A DNA stretch of 64,000 nucleotides, from NCBI RefSeq assembly GCF_001194135.2, contig NC_068992.1, positions 52,273,287-52,337,286 on the forward strand, in the 5' to 3' direction. The translations under genes were made by a program, and so were the position numbers. Below the pieces are notes generated by a model. The model was not told the origin of the DNA and made no database searches. It was given only the letters and a program-made list of their open reading frames with translations. Positions within the stretch are counted from its first letter, which is position 1. Each line of letters begins with the position of its first letter. Origin of the DNA: Octopus bimaculoides (Eukaryota). Shown piece by piece: positions 1-14,019 of this stretch.

Positions 1-650
1 TTCATGGCATCCCACAATTTCTGCAACGGAGAAGCATAATATACCACATTAATTGTGGTACCCTTTGCTAGAAAATCTATCAACACTATTCCTTGCTGGT
101 TCTAAAAGATTGTGAGCATTACTTTGCCTGCTGTGAGTTGGATATGAGCTTTCTTTGGTGGTGGTGAATTATCATGCTTCCAGTGCTTCGACTGGACTAG
201 TCTCAGGATCATAATAATGGACCTATGATTCATCATGTGTGATAAGTCTGCTAAAAATGTCCTCCTCTTTCTCTTGGGCACATTGCCAAAAGATCCTGGG
301 AGCAAGTGACTCGTTCCTGCTTCAGAAAAGGTATGAGCATCAAGGAAATCCATCGTGCAGACGTCTACATGTGCAAATGATCATGAATGATTTTGTTTCC
401 AGGAACACTACACTTATCTTCCCTTCTCGGGCTAGTGGCAGCTTCCACTCTATGGATAGCGTTGTCATCAGTGGCGGAGTGTGGTAATCTAGGAATAAGA
501 ACCGTTTCCACCAATGTCCAATCACATTTGAACTGACAATGCCAGTGCTTGACTATAATATTTAATGGTGCATCGTCACCATAAACCTCTTTCATCGCAT
601 CAAAAATCTCTTTTCTTTTAATGAACGACCTTTCACTAATCTGCTGCATT
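1..650 (-). mobile_element. Decayed mariner transposase, running off the left window edge
   Basis: Frameshifted minus-strand peptides: HTH region EIFDAMKEVYGDDAP, linker HLHM..SARWI..L, and QSKHWKHDNSPPPKKAHIQLTAGKVMLTIF followed by GIVLIDFLAKGTTINVVYYAS, all matching mariner motifs. Confidence 0.9.
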
Positions 651-3124
651 CAACTGCCCTCATTATAACACCTTAGTCCACTTCAGCAGCCATAAAAGAC
701 AAACAAATACTAGTGGAAAGCTGCAATTTACAATGTGACATTTAGAGACAAGTAAGATTATATCTGTACAAGTTCAGTTCCCTACAATAACCGGTGAGAA
801 ATGGAAGTAGTTCCAGAGGAAGGAGGAAGGTGATGAAGAGAAATGATATGTAGTGTGTGTATATTCTGTTCTCAGGGGATAATGATACCTTAGATTAAGA
901 AGCAATAAGTCTTAGGGGATAAGATGTGGGGTTAAATGCTTGACAGGGCACAGAGTGAATGTGGGGCAGGGCTCTGCATGTACAAGGATTACCAAATTTG
1001 GTTTTAGGATAACAATATATAATGAAACTTATGTTAATGGCAAAGGTACTATATTTGCTTGAAATTTTCATTAAAACGTATGCATTTACATTTTTGATTG
1101 AAACACAAGAATATTGTTTTCAATTTACTGTTTCATTTCTGAAAGACCCAGTTTTTGTTTATTTTTACAAAAATAATAACAAAAACATTGTCTAAACCAT
1201 TATGCTTAAAACCATATTTGTCTTATTACTTTTTCATTTAAAATGAAAAGGTGAATAGCTAATTTGATTGGGAAATAAATATTCTCCAGTAATTTCATAT
1301 AAATATTTGATTTTATATAAAACTGAACATTATTGCATTTAAACTTTTTGTCAAGAAACTATGTAAAAAGAAATAGAAACAATGATGCAAGTTTTCCTGT
1401 AATAATGAATTTTGATGAACAAATTAAAGTGATTTTTACATTATTGCTTTCTGTTGTCACAGCAACTTGATGAAAATTTAATTTAAATCTATGAACTACC
1501 TTCTTAAACAATCTTAAAATGTTTCTTTTTTTCAAGTCTCAAATATCGGAAAAATTTAATTTTAAAAATTATTTTCATGTATTACTATGCCTCTGTTGAA
1601 TTGCAGATTTTGAAATTTACTAAAGCTGCCTCAAAACTCCTAGTTTAATCAAAACATCTATGGTACATAATGTTATTTACCAATATAAACTATAGAATAT
1701 TGTTAACTCTTTTACTTTTATTATATAAATATAAGCTCTTCTTTTCATCAAATATATATGAAACAAGTGTGCCTCAATTTTTTAAATGACATTAAAAGCA
1801 AATATATACTCTGTTTGCATTTTTTAATATTTATATAAATTATTAACAATTTGAATACTTTACACCATGTTAATGACAAGATAGTTGGAATGATATGCTT
1901 ACAACAGAAAAGAAAAAGTATAAAAATGTAGTGATGATTATATCTTTTATTGCCTCGGGCATAGCTGCCAATATTCTATTATTTTAGCATTTATATTTAT
2001 TTTAAAGACATCATTTGTCCATACCAACAATTCTATATTGTTTTTAAATCGATTTTATAGCCATCAGTACTTGAATATATTTTTAAAAAATTAAAAAAAC
2101 ACACTAGGAGATAATTCAATGAAGAAAATGTCACTTGCAGCAATTAAAATTGAACCAGTAATGAAAAGAAATAATTTCAAAAATTAGAATTAAAATTAAC
2201 CAATATCTATTTTGTGAATTTCCATTCACTCTTAATGCAATGTTACCATAAATGAATAGATTTTAAAGTGACATATATGGTCCAGACATGCATATGAACT
2301 TTCACATGATCATAAAAATGAAATCATTAAAAGGATAAAAATAATGTTGATGACAAACATGAAATATAATTTGTGTATTGATGGAATTTTACTGACAAGA
2401 AAATACTCGACATTGTTAATTGCCAGGTTAGAAATGATACCAAAATTTCCTTCCATTTACACCACACCATCTGAAAAACAAAGGACTTATTGAATAATAC
2501 ATTGTCTTAGAAGAAGTAAAAAGATGAGGAATGATCAGGGCATGTACAGATATGATCAATTAAAGGTGATTTCAGGTAAAAAAAAACAAAAAAACAGCAG
2601 CAACTCTGATGCAGATAATATTGTAATATTTCCCTTTGCATAGAACAAGCAACATAAAATATTTGTAAAATTAACTTTGTAGTTGTTTCATCATCATCGT
2701 TTCACTCATCGTTGTTGTCACTGTTGTTGCGATCATTTTGGGTGTCATCACCATCGCTGTAATTGTAATTGTCTTCACCATTGTCACTCTCATCAATTGT
2801 CATAGTCATTAATTTGATCTCCATATTTCCATATGTTAAGGGTCCAAACGGAATTCATTGTAGCAAATTTTCTAACAGCTGCATGCCCTTTCTTTTGCTG
2901 ACACTTGTTTCAAAGCAAGATAATATTTCTCCTGAAAGAACGAAACTTCTTGCATAATGATTACTGCCGTGTCTAGATGAGGAGGCACACGCTCTTACAA
3001 ACATATATGTATAGACATATGCTTACACATTTGACAAGCTTCTTTCTGTTTCCATCTACAAAATCCACTCACAAGGCTGTCACAAACATAGTTGTGATGT
3101 GAAGAAATTCGCTTCCTATTCATA

Positions 3125-3320
3125 TGATTTTAGAGGAAGAAGTGGAATGGGGCAGTTGATACCATCAGCCCCAGTGTTTGGCTGGTATTTTATGTTATTA
3201 ACTCCATAGACATGAAAGACAAAGTTGACCTTACCAGGGTTTGAACTGAGAACGTAAAGAGCCAAACCAAATACCATCAGGCAGTTTTTCAGACATCCTA
3301 TCAATTCTGCCAATTCATTG
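3125..3320 (-). mobile_element. Degenerate SINE-C copy
   Basis: Similar to the better copies at 38191-38424 and 57603-57839 (aaagttgacct..tttgaactgagaacgtaaag). Confidence 0.6.
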
Positions 3321-3954
3321 TCCGGAACAGAAATAAATTATACAATTGTATCGAGAAAATCTTTATAATTTAGTCAATTTAATCATTTAATAACAAATTC
3401 ACCTACTGCAATAATAACTTTCATTTAATACATGCAACCAACAGGAAATATTTTTAAAACAAGTGATATATTATAGATTCATTTCAAATGTGAAATTAGA
3501 ACTAATCTCAAATTTCTATAATGTTAAATTAATGTAAATTCATGGGGAATTTACATATTTTATGTAGTTTTAATCTATTTAGTAAGCGACCTTTAAATTT
3601 CATCGATGTTGATCAAAGTTTAATGGAAACATTATCATTTCTGTTCTGAAATCAAAAGTGTATTAAGTGTAATTATGCCAGAGCTGATAGCATTTCAAAG
3701 CAAAACCATGTCTCTCACTCAAGTTTGTTCCACACAACAAAATAGTAAGTTGAGGATCAACAACAGTATTTCAAGGGCCCCTGAAAAAAATGTTTGTTTT
3801 AGATATGTGTATTGGTACGTATTGCAAAAAACTGATAGGGTTTCTTTCTTCAAAAACTTTACATATGAAGGTGATATGCAAAGTTCCTTCCTTGGGGTAA
3901 AAGAAAATACAAGAGAGGATTAGTTAATTATAGTTTTATAAAATACATTCCCTT

Positions 3955-4125
3955 TTCAGATTCACACATTTATTGCAGCATGTATGATGGACCTCTGTTC
4001 AATTTCTGTCTAACTAACTCACTCACAGGACTTTGGTTGTCCTGAGGCTATAATAGTTGTGCTGTGCTGTGGGATTGAACTGAAGACCATTTGGTTTTGA
4101 AACAAGCTTATTAACCATACAACTA
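3955..4125 (-). mobile_element. Degenerate SINE-A 5' part
   Basis: Similar to the reverse complement of 44850-45010. Confidence 0.6.
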
Positions 4126-4246
4126 CTTCATTTATTAGCGTTTCAGATGAAATTATCTTTGCAGCATATTAATGCAGCTTAGTTATCATCTCTCTGCTTT
4201 CTCATTAAAATTGTATTAGTTTTCGTATATTAGTGACCATAGTTCA

Positions 4247-4410
4247 TGGCATGGCTGTATGGTAAGAAACTTGCTTTCCAACCACATGGTTCCAAGTTCA
4301 GCCCCACTGCATGGTATCTTGGGAAAGTGTGTTCTATTATAGCTTCAGGCTGATCCAAAGTTTTGGGAGTTTGGTGAGTGGATTTGGTAGACCAAAACTG
4401 AAATAAGCCT
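4247..4410 (+). mobile_element. SINE-A 5' part (tRNA-like head plus CORE-like accttgggcaagtg segment)
   Basis: ggctgtatggtaag..ccaaccacatggttcc..gtgagtggatttggtagac aligns with 44850-45010. Confidence 0.75.
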
Positions 4411-4584
4411 GTGTTTTTTTCCCTTTGTATTTGTGTACCAATTCTCCGTTTTTTCCATACTTGTTTTCGTATACATTCGCTGCTTTCTTCCAAGGAATCT
4501 AGTGCTCTTAGCTTAGATTTTCCTTGGCACTGGCCAGATTGGAGCAGTCTCGAGTATAACCAGCCGAAACTGCAAAGATGAATA

Positions 4585-4631
4585 GGAACTCGACTGAGGA
4601 AAGGAAACTTCAAATGACCTGTCTTTGTTTT
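4585..4631 (+). ncRNA. Possible decayed hammerhead ribozyme (G12 to C)
   Basis: CTGAGGA 4594-4600, hairpin AAG-gaaa-CTT, CAAA in place of GAAA, GTC at 4621-4623; helices I and III are wobble-rich. Confidence 0.3.
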
Positions 4632-4778
4632 CTCTTGTCCCTTTTTGTATCATCTAACTGTCTGAATGTTTTGTTGTCACCTGTTGTGTACTTGTCCCAT
4701 TTTTTGTCTTCTTNNNNNNNNNNNNNNNNNNNNNNNNNNNNNNNNNNNNNNNNNNNNNNNNNNNNNNNNNNNNNNNNN

Positions 4779-4926
4779 ATATATATATATATATATATAT
4801 ACACCTGCACAAACACAATATACACAGACACAACACACACACATGTGCAGAAACACATATGCACGTGCACAAACACACACACACACACACACTCTCTGTC
4901 TCTGTCTCTGTCTCTGTCTCTCTCTG

Positions 4927-4969
<43 letters not shown>

Positions 4970-4981
4970 NNNNNNNNNNTC

Positions 4982-5060
<79 letters not shown>

Positions 5061-5080
5061 TTCACACATACACACACATG
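4779..5080. repeat. Compound microsatellite (TA)n/(CA)n/(CT)n/(CTGT)n with N gaps
   Basis: Read directly; it is the source of several spurious ORFs. Confidence 0.95.
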
Positions 5081-6314
5081 CTGGGCTTCAGTTTCTATCT
5101 GATAAACCCACTCACAGGTCTTTGGTCAGTTCATATACTGCTGTACTTTTTAAGAAATGAAAATATCTAAATTAGTTTTATTGTATTGAGTGTTAATTAC
5201 AAATAATAAGTAGAACCAAAGTTATTTATAAAATGTATGCACAAAGAATTCGTAGGATTGATGCTAAGATCAGTTAAGTAGTAAGGGTCTGTGTTACCAA
5301 CAAATAAATTGGAAAATACAAAACTGAAATACTTTATGAAATTGAAAAGCATTCTGAAATGAAGCATAGACTAATGTTGACCTTAGATAACCTTCAAGAA
5401 ATACAATACCTTAGTACTTAAAAAAAAGGTTAAAATGAAGCCTCTCAGTGCAAATGAGCAAGTGTGTATAAGAATCATATTAAATAATACATTTTAATAA
5501 ATTTTCACATGAATAATTTGTTGTGAATAATATATAAATATGAAGCGTTAATACCAAAATAACAATTTAAGTCTTTCACATGTTCAGCAAAATTTTCAAA
5601 GTGATAGTAATGTTCTTCCTTGAATGAGAGAATAAATAAATGTTTGTGCTAAAGATTAAATTGCTAAGAGAAACAAAATAATAAAAAAGTTCTAAATTTA
5701 GAAAATCCTGAAAATTAAATAAATATATAATTATTTACTCTGCTCCCTGTTTTCTGTAGTAAATATTTGTCAAATCCATAATGATCTATACACTTTTACA
5801 AAAATAAATCTCATAACTTGATGGATGATATTTTCCCCCCACTTTCCAATGATTCACGTTATTTCAATAATGAAAATGTAAATTTACAAAAATCCTTTCA
5901 AATCTTTACAAAATTAAATTTCAACTTTAAACCCTACAAAGATATATTGATGACAAATAGATTTGGAAAACAATCACGTGAATAGAGTATGAAAAGAAAA
6001 TTCTTATCTGAACACAACAAAAAAGTAAACAAAATTTCATTAGAAGATGAAACCAAGCATTTGTAAAAGAAAAAAATAATAGTTCTTCAACCATTAGAGG
6101 GAGGGAATGGGTGAATAGATTCTAAATTACATTAAGGTATTGAATAAATATTTAAATAGTTTTGTACAGCAATTTGTTGCATCAATCAGCAATATTTTCC
6201 TAGGAACACATTTAAAATAACTGAATACTATATTATCTCATTAGATCCAAACCAAATACAAAATGTGTTGAGTATATATATTTTATTTATAAAAGCGTAG
6301 ATGCGTATACATAC

Positions 6315-6315
<1 letters not shown>

Positions 6316-6345
<30 letters not shown>

Positions 6346-6375
6346 TGTATGTATGTATGTATGTATGTATGTATG
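6316..6375. repeat. (TATG)n microsatellite
   Basis: Read directly. Confidence 0.95.
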
Positions 6376-7282
6376 TTAGCACATACAAGTTTAAACCATT
6401 GCCGAACAAAAAGATGATATCAGAATCCATTTACAACACCTATTCTGATGTGATGTATTAGAAAGAACTTATATTTCATAAAAATAATCTAAGGGCCTTT
6501 GTGACAAAAACTTCATCTAGTTAATGATTTAGATGAAATACCGAAAGCAGGATTGCTGCCAAGACTGTTGAGTTAGACAAATATATAAAGAATATAAAAC
6601 ATGATAAAATCCTCCAAAATCCCCTAAATTGGAAATAACTAGGCCTATGTTTTATAACAAGATTCTGATATAATTACCACATCTTTCTTGGAAATGTTTG
6701 AATAGTAAATGAAAGGCTTCCAAGAGTAAATAGATATCTACCCAAACTGTATGCAACTGACTTTATTTTATCCTATAAAGCTGAGTTAGGTGCTGGATTC
6801 TTCCTTCTGTAGATTAATAATCTTGTTACTTCTAATAACTTTCTGTTCTATACAGATGATACTATGCCTCAGTCCACTTAGCTTTTAAATCATTGACAGC
6901 TCAGAAAATATAAACACCTCACCAATCTCATATTTGACTGCTCATAATAACAGGGATCTCAGAAACATCCTTCGTTAATTACATAATAAGTATCTATTCT
7001 GCAATGACACTGAGACAATAAATAGAGATAAGAAGACAGTCTTACAAATGATTACACTTAAGAATGAACAACACTTAAGTATAACACTCTAAGCTGCTAC
7101 AAATGATGTTCAATCTTTGTCGTTTCTTTTGTGAGAACACTATGAATGGAAATCTAGATATGATCAATAACTAATGATTTGTAGGTACATGGTATTTTGA
7201 TATGCAACCATAATATACTATAAAATATATTAAATGTTTTTATAAGTCAATACCACGTTCTACTGCGTTAGCAGTGCTCTTA

Positions 7283-7587
7283 CATTATTTTATTAACATT
7301 ATTTCTACAGATATTCTATAGAAATCATAGATAGTTCTGATTTTTGCTACAATGTGTGATGGTTATTTAAGCAATGTGCTCAAGGAGGATTAATGGGTTA
7401 GATGGGTGTTGATGAAAGGGCAAAACTCCTGAAATATGACATATATGCCCATTACCCATTTTTCATCTTCGATCTCATTCCTTGTTTACATCTGACGTCA
7501 CGTATACGAAACGCTGTAGCAAAAGACAGTGCTGGCTATTATTTCTATAGAATATCTGTAGAAATAACCTTAGCAAAATAATGATCA
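7283..7587. repeat. Long inverted repeat / MITE-like palindrome
   Basis: 7299-7325 is the exact reverse complement of 7541-7567 (27 bp); imperfect homology extends to arms of about 75 bp. Confidence 0.75.
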
Positions 7588-8097
7588 ATAACTTATGTAA
7601 CAATATATTTTAAGACCATAAAAATGTTCCAACAGAGTATAATGTCTGGAGTGTAAAACTGAAATCACAAACGCAAAAGAGAATTTCAATCATCTTGCAG
7701 AATTACATATTTATTTTTAAATCAATATCATTAAAATAGCCAAGGCTGCAAACTGACAGAATCATTAGAATTCCGGACAAAATAATAAGCGGAATTTCTT
7801 CTGGCTAAACTGTAACATTTAAACTGGCCATATCCAGCCGCCTAAATATTATATGTGTTTTATGTACAGACTGACCGTCTTCAGCCTCTCACAGCTACTC
7901 TGCAATGTCAGACTAAAAATAAACAAGTACATCATCAAAATCTCAACACAAGAAGATAATGCATGAGTATTTCAAAACAATGTGGATAAACAACCATTAT
8001 AATTTCTTGAAATCATGATATCTGAATAGAACATGAACGTTTACAAATGAACGCCTAGTTGACAAAGAGATAAGAATAACTAGCATTTGAACTTTTA

Positions 8098-8307
8098 AAC
8101 TCTTCATCCAAATTGACCCATGAAGGCAGAAGGGCGTTCTTCAGATCTGACAAATTTGAATAGGAGCGAGCAGAAACATTACTTTGTAAGATGGATCAGA
8201 TAGCAAAGTCCATAGGATTGATGTCTGTATAATATAGATAAAATTACCTGAACTGATATTCTTTAGAAAGAGTTTTAAACATGAGTAAATCTTCCTGGGA
8301 CACCCTG
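8098..8307 (-). mobile_element. Truncated Tc1/mariner (maT-like) derivative with one terminal repeat
   Basis: Minus peptide TDINPMDFAI*SILQSNVSARSYSNLSDLKNALLPSWVNLDEE (SPDLNPxD motif region); terminus CAGGGTGTCCCA ends at 8307 next to TA 8308-8309. Confidence 0.75.
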
Positions 8308-8534
8308 TACATAAACTTAGATCTGTCTAGGCATGGAGGACTGTCCCAAGACTGGCACAAGTTTATATGCCTATGAAAGAAACTTTTATATCTCATTAGT
8401 TACCATAATTATGTGACATTAATATCTTGTAAAAATTTACAGTAGTTTATTGTCACAGATCAAATATGAATTAGGGGTTGGAAAGCTGTAAGGAAATAGG
8501 ATATAACATGAAAATGTGTAGTCTAGTGTGAAGG

Positions 8535-8660
8535 TAGGTGGCTTAGTGGTTAGGATGTTGGGGCTATGATCATCAGATCATGGGTTAAATCCTTGGATGA
8601 AGCAACACATTGTGCTCTTGAAAAAGGTGATTCATTTCATATTGCATCAGTTTACTCAAC
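8535..8660 (+). mobile_element. Degenerate SINE-F 5' part
   Basis: A-box gtggcttagtggttag and ttgtgctcttga core similar to 36192 and 47263. Confidence 0.6.
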
Positions 8661-9705
8661 AGAAAGCAAATAATGACCTAGTCCTAGAGCAGACCTCTCT
8701 CTCTCTCCCCTCCCTATTCCATTCCCTTCTCCCCTTCTCTCCCTCCTGCCAACCTCTCTCTCCAGCTGTCACATTCTTGACAGAGGAAGAAACATGATGA
8801 CTTGAGATGGAGTCTATCTCTGCTAGTCACTTCATTAGCACCGAAAATAGTTTATAAAAGCATTGTATTATGAGAGAGGAGACTGAGCTAGTCTGGATAT
8901 ATATGTTACACATAGAAAAATGACAGTTGTCTAAAGAAGTGCCATGCAGTAAAATTAGGAAAAAAAAAATCTATGGATTCTTACTCGTCATTCTCATTTG
9001 TGAATGATGTAAAAGGCTACGGTTTTATTTTTAATTTTATTTTTTTCTTTATAACCTACATTACAGTTCACTTAACTATCATCGTTCCAGAAAATATTCT
9101 ATGTAACCTTTCACTCAATACAATCATCTAGATTTGTTCAACAACCTATACAATCACTTTTCTTTAGTAACATGCTGACTTAATGTTCATCAGCTCAGAC
9201 TAAAGAGCTAATTAATTTTATATCATGTTCAGAAATCTAAAAACACAAGTTTTGCTGATATTTACTTTTTATTTGTTACCTGATTTTAATTTTGTCCTGT
9301 TTTTTAATCAGACTCTAGTTTTTTCTTGTTTAGTCTTTTCTTTTTTAACCAAACTGCCTTTCAATTCCTGAGTGAGTGCTATCTCATAATAGCCACTGTT
9401 TCCATTATTTTAACTTCTAATTTAAGTTTTGTATGAATTTGTAATGTTTATAGAGTTAAAATGATGTAGTTTATGAGACTACATAACAACTTCAAAAGGT
9501 TATAAGTTCAAAACAAACAAATGCTACTTCATTTAATCCTTCTGAAAAAAATACATTATTTCCATCATTAGCATTTTATGTCCATTTTAAAAATTTTATT
9601 TCATAGTTGTATGAGTCTTCTATAGCACAGTCTTACCACATGTGGGAAAACAATATAATTGTGGTGAAGTTCAAACTCTTACAATTAGCCTTCCCCACTT
9701 ATTCC

Positions 9706-10670
9706 TAAAAAAAACTACAGATACTCAGGAAATTGATTTTCTTAAATGCTCCAGAGGTTCTTTAGAGGTAGCGGATAAATTCTGCTACCTAGGGGACCTA
9801 ATTAGCAGAGTGGGAGGATGTACAGAAAGTGTAACTGCTAGAATAAGAATAGGATAGAGAAAATTCAGAGAGCTTTAATCTCTGTTGGCAACCAAACATC
9901 TCTCTCTATCTCTCTGAGTGAAAGGAAGATCGTATAATGCATATATATGAACAGCAATGCTACATGTTAGTGAGACCTGAGACCTGAATGCAGATACATG
10001 TGAAGGTTTGAGAAGAATGAAGCTAGTATGCTCCAATGGTTGTGCAAATTCAATGTACATGTGTGACAGAGTGCTAGTGTATTGAGAGAAAAGTTATGCA
10101 TCAGAGGAATTAAATGCAGAATGCAAGAAAGAAGACTGTACTGATTTGGTCATGTGATGTGTATGGATGTAGGCAGTTGCATACAGAAGTGCTGAGCACT
10201 TAGGAACTCACAGAAGAGGGAGACCCAAGAAGACATGGGACGAATTACTGAAGGTTGATCTCAAGACACTGAATCTTACAATAGAAAAGACAAAAGATTG
10301 AGACACCTGGCACCTTGTCAAGAAGATCTGCCCACCACAGCAGAATTGATACCAGTGCTGGTGCAAATTAAAAAAGTACTTTGTACTAGCACCATGTAAA
10401 ATGCACTGGTGTTGGTGCCACTTACGAAACACTGGTGATGGTGCCATGTAAAAAAAAACACTAGTGATGGTGTCACATGAAAGGCACTGGTGATGGTGCC
10501 ACATAAAAAAGCACTGGTACTTGCGCCATGTAAAAAGCACCCATTACACTGTAAAGTGGTTGGCGTTAGGAAGGGCATCTAACCATAGAAACTATGCCAG
10601 AGCAGACAAGGGAACCAGGTGCCGATCCCCGACCTTACCAGCTCCTGTCAAATCGTCCAGCCCTTCAGAG
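9706..10670 (+). mobile_element. RTE-clade LINE 3' fragment (RT C-terminus plus 3' UTR)
   Basis: LEVADKFCYLGDLISRVGGCTESVTARIRIG and RGRPKKTWDELLKVDL, stop near 10349; UTR with ~26-bp tandem units and ggttggcgttaggaagggcatc. Confidence 0.85.
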
Positions 10671-10689
10671 ACAATACCTCCTTTCAACA

Positions 10690-11480
10690 TATTCCATCAG
10701 ATTCTCACACCAGTTACTATGCTTTTGCAACAAACTTCTCCACATCTAATTAAGTCATGTAGATAACAAAAGCACTTTACTCATTTGTAAGTATTTGAGA
10801 GGACATCATCATAATCATTATCATCATCAAAATGGATGTTAAATGATGATGATGAGGATGATGATGTTCTCACATTCCGACTACTACCTTCTCTTTTGCT
10901 TGCATCTACTACTTGCAAAGTCCTTCTACATTGTTAGCCCATCATTTGTGCAGATATAGTCTGCATTAGGTGAACCATACTAAATATTTACCTCCATATT
11001 TATGCATAGCAATCATGGCTATTTCCTAGCCGAGTACCGTCTTGTTTTCTGCTAAAACTTTTGTCATTGCTAGGTTTATTTAAAACATCTCAGTTTTAGG
11101 CTTTGTTTCCACAAGTGGAATTACTTCTCTAATTTGTTGCCTGAATCAGCTACGGGAACTAACTCATTTGGCATACAGAAGATCCTTCAGATAAACTGTC
11201 TTAAACACCTGTTTTGGCCTGGAGAATTCTAGTAAATAGAAGGAGATTGAGAACCTAGCCCTGAAAGACACCTACCAGCATATTATACTTCATGATGAAC
11301 ATATTTCTAACTTCCATGGCTTTCAAGGAATCTAACACACCATTCTTCTACAACTAGTTGTCTTAATGAACAATAGAACACGAATCTTGGTGCTCTGACA
11401 AAATCCTTCTCCAGGTCAATGAATATTGAATATAATGGATTTCTTTTAACTAAGAACTTCTATTATTTCACTAGCAAATA
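10690..11480 (-). mobile_element. Second decayed RTE RT fragment, interrupted by a short plus-strand RTE tail at 10829-10866
   Basis: Minus peptides IFIDLEKDFVRAPR, GVFQG*VLNLLLF, LLYANEL, INLAMTKVL, CRLYLHK, then CYLHDLI..SIVTGVRI*W. Confidence 0.8.
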
Positions 11481-12009
11481 AAATTAAGCATAAGAATTCT
11501 ATAAATAAAATTAAATATTGAAGTCTATACATCTTTTTCCTTATATTTCCTTAATTTCTATTTCAGATTTCTAATCTTGCCAGGCAAACTGACGAAATGA
11601 TTATCTCCCTTGTGATAGCCATAACTGATAACAGGGCCACAGGTGTCTGAAGAATACATTTTATGCATAATTCGCAATGATTTATTTTGCATTTCATAAT
11701 CTGTTTAGATTTCTACCCATTGTTGATATTCAAATAATGTTCATTAAAGGAGCATCTTTGAATACACAACCTTCTTTTATATTCTGTATTGTACCCCCAT
11801 CACCTTAATTATCTTCGTTAATTATTTTCATAAAAATTTCATCAACATCTGAATGTTTTCTAAAATAAGTTAACATTTCTTATGTTGAATATTAATGCTG
11901 AAATATATAAAAAAAAAAGCTTTGGTTTAAACTTTTAGTTAGAGTTGAAATAATATTCTTGACAATGTACAAATATTATAAAAGTCTGAAGATAAAGGAA
12001 AACCTCATC

Positions 12010-12049
12010 ATGAAAATATGAAAATATGAAAATATGAAAATATGAAAAT
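12010..12049. repeat. (ATGAAAAT)x5 tandem repeat
   Basis: Five perfect copies read directly. Confidence 0.95.
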
Positions 12050-12535
12050 TTTTATTTAGAAAGACACTTTAAGTGACAACGTATCGCAACTTAAGTTAAC
12101 ATTTCTATAAGGTCCTTTGAAAGCACATATCAGGTTTGATTCTTTTTTTTATATTTAAACATTTTTTTTTTTTTGTTCTTTCAGTATTCCTTTCCATTAA
12201 AATTTGCATTTACATTACAAAATGTATGCCAGAACATTTCTTTAGGATCTTTTTCTTTCAATTTTTAATGTATTTCCTTGAAAATTAATTAGCAATAAAG
12301 GAAACAGAATTCTAAAAAAAAAAAGTATGTACAAGCACATGCTTATGTACACACACACACACACACAAACTCACACATACAAATATATACATATATAGAC
12401 ATATATATGTACACATATACATATTCATATACACATATACATGTATGTATCATTTATATACATAAATATATAGACACACATACACATACCTATATATACA
12501 TACATACATGTATATATCATTTATATACATAAATA

Positions 12536-12581
<46 letters not shown>

Positions 12582-13621
12582 CACACACATATATATGAGA
12601 AATGAAATGTTCTTTCAATTAAAAATTAAAATTGTAAAATATACGAAATATATAAATATATCACTACCACAGTGGCCTACTTCGTAGCCCTTCGGAGATA
12701 TTCATAGTTAAAAGAAAAATCGAAAATTGGAAACACAACAATGTCATCTGGAAAATAATAAAGAAAAAAAGATTGCAAAGATATTTGGATAAAAGATAAG
12801 TGGAACTCTTATTAGTTGTAACAGGCATATTTAGCATCTCCATTTGCAGGTATTTCTAAAATACTGTGACTACTCAATAGTATATATTCATAGCATTCAC
12901 ATTATACACCTTCACATATAAATAGTTGATGTCAAACATATAATTTAATATTTAAGAACTAAAACCTTATGAATGCATTTGGTAGATGCAAACTGAAAAC
13001 AGCCTGTTATGTATGTATGTATGTATGTATGTATGTACGTCTATCTATCTGTCTATGTATACATATATACCCACATATACATACATACACACATGCATGT
13101 GTACACACACACGCACACACACACATGATGGTTGCTAACTCGATTTTGAGAAGAGCCATTGCCTGACTTCTTTAGGCCCTAGAATATCATTGATGAGCTT
13201 CACAAATATGAATTTTGAGGCCTGCCAAAGACTTGCATGATTTAGCATTCAGTATACACATATTTTTTCACATCTGGCCATATAGCCTTTCTTGTTTCTA
13301 ATCACTGTTTCGTTTTCCTGTCTTGTTTTCTGTCCACCACTACATTCCTCCGCGTTACAAATTTAAATTGTGGCCCGTGGGAAGAGCCATTCTAGCAATG
13401 CTTCTTGCCCTAACTCTTCGAAACGCTTAGTTTTAGAATGGTGGCAGCTGATGAAGGAAATTTTCTCTATGTGGCCTGTGTGTTTTCTGTGCTCTGTTTA
13501 TCATTTTGGCCACAATTTTTTTGGAACATCCTGTACCCAGATATGCATCTATATGTACATGTAGATGTAGGTATGTACATACATGTACGTATATATGCAT
13601 ATACTCATATATTATTTGTAT

Positions 13622-13675
<54 letters not shown>

Positions 13676-14019
13676 AGAGTTAGAGGTTGGGAAACCAACC
13701 AACTAAAGGATAGTACCTATCCAATATACTGCTGGTAGTGTACCCAATTATTAATACCCAAATGCTGGTTATTGTGTGGCAATCTTGCAATTGAATGTTA
13801 TATATGGGCAGGGGTAAAAAGTGTTTAGAAAAGCTTTTGCTTCTCTGAATTAGTCAGCTACATGCTACTTTAGCAAGCTTTTGACTGAATATACAAGTAT
13901 GAAAGTCGAGGTGACTGGTAGAATTGGATCACTTACTACCAAAGTGGCACATTGCTGTACTTGAGAAGATTTACCCACTACAACAGAATTGAAATCCTAA
14001 AACCAAGATGCCACAAAAA

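Noticed and set aside
9706-11480. Idea that the two RTE pieces are one element broken by inversion or twin priming
   Set aside because: The CYLxD segment is present in both orientations, so they are two copies, and the geometry is convergent, unlike twin priming.
11558-11859. Coding-looking minus-strand stretch (IQNIKEGCVFK; CGPVISYGYHKG)
   Set aside because: It is broken by stops and I cannot match it confidently to any family; possibly a DNA-transposon relic.
13290-13530. CTGATGA at 13448 with an upstream CGAAAC in a repeat next to (TA)n
   Set aside because: No GAAA follows helix II, and the type II and type III foldings need helices that do not pair; not supportable from this copy.
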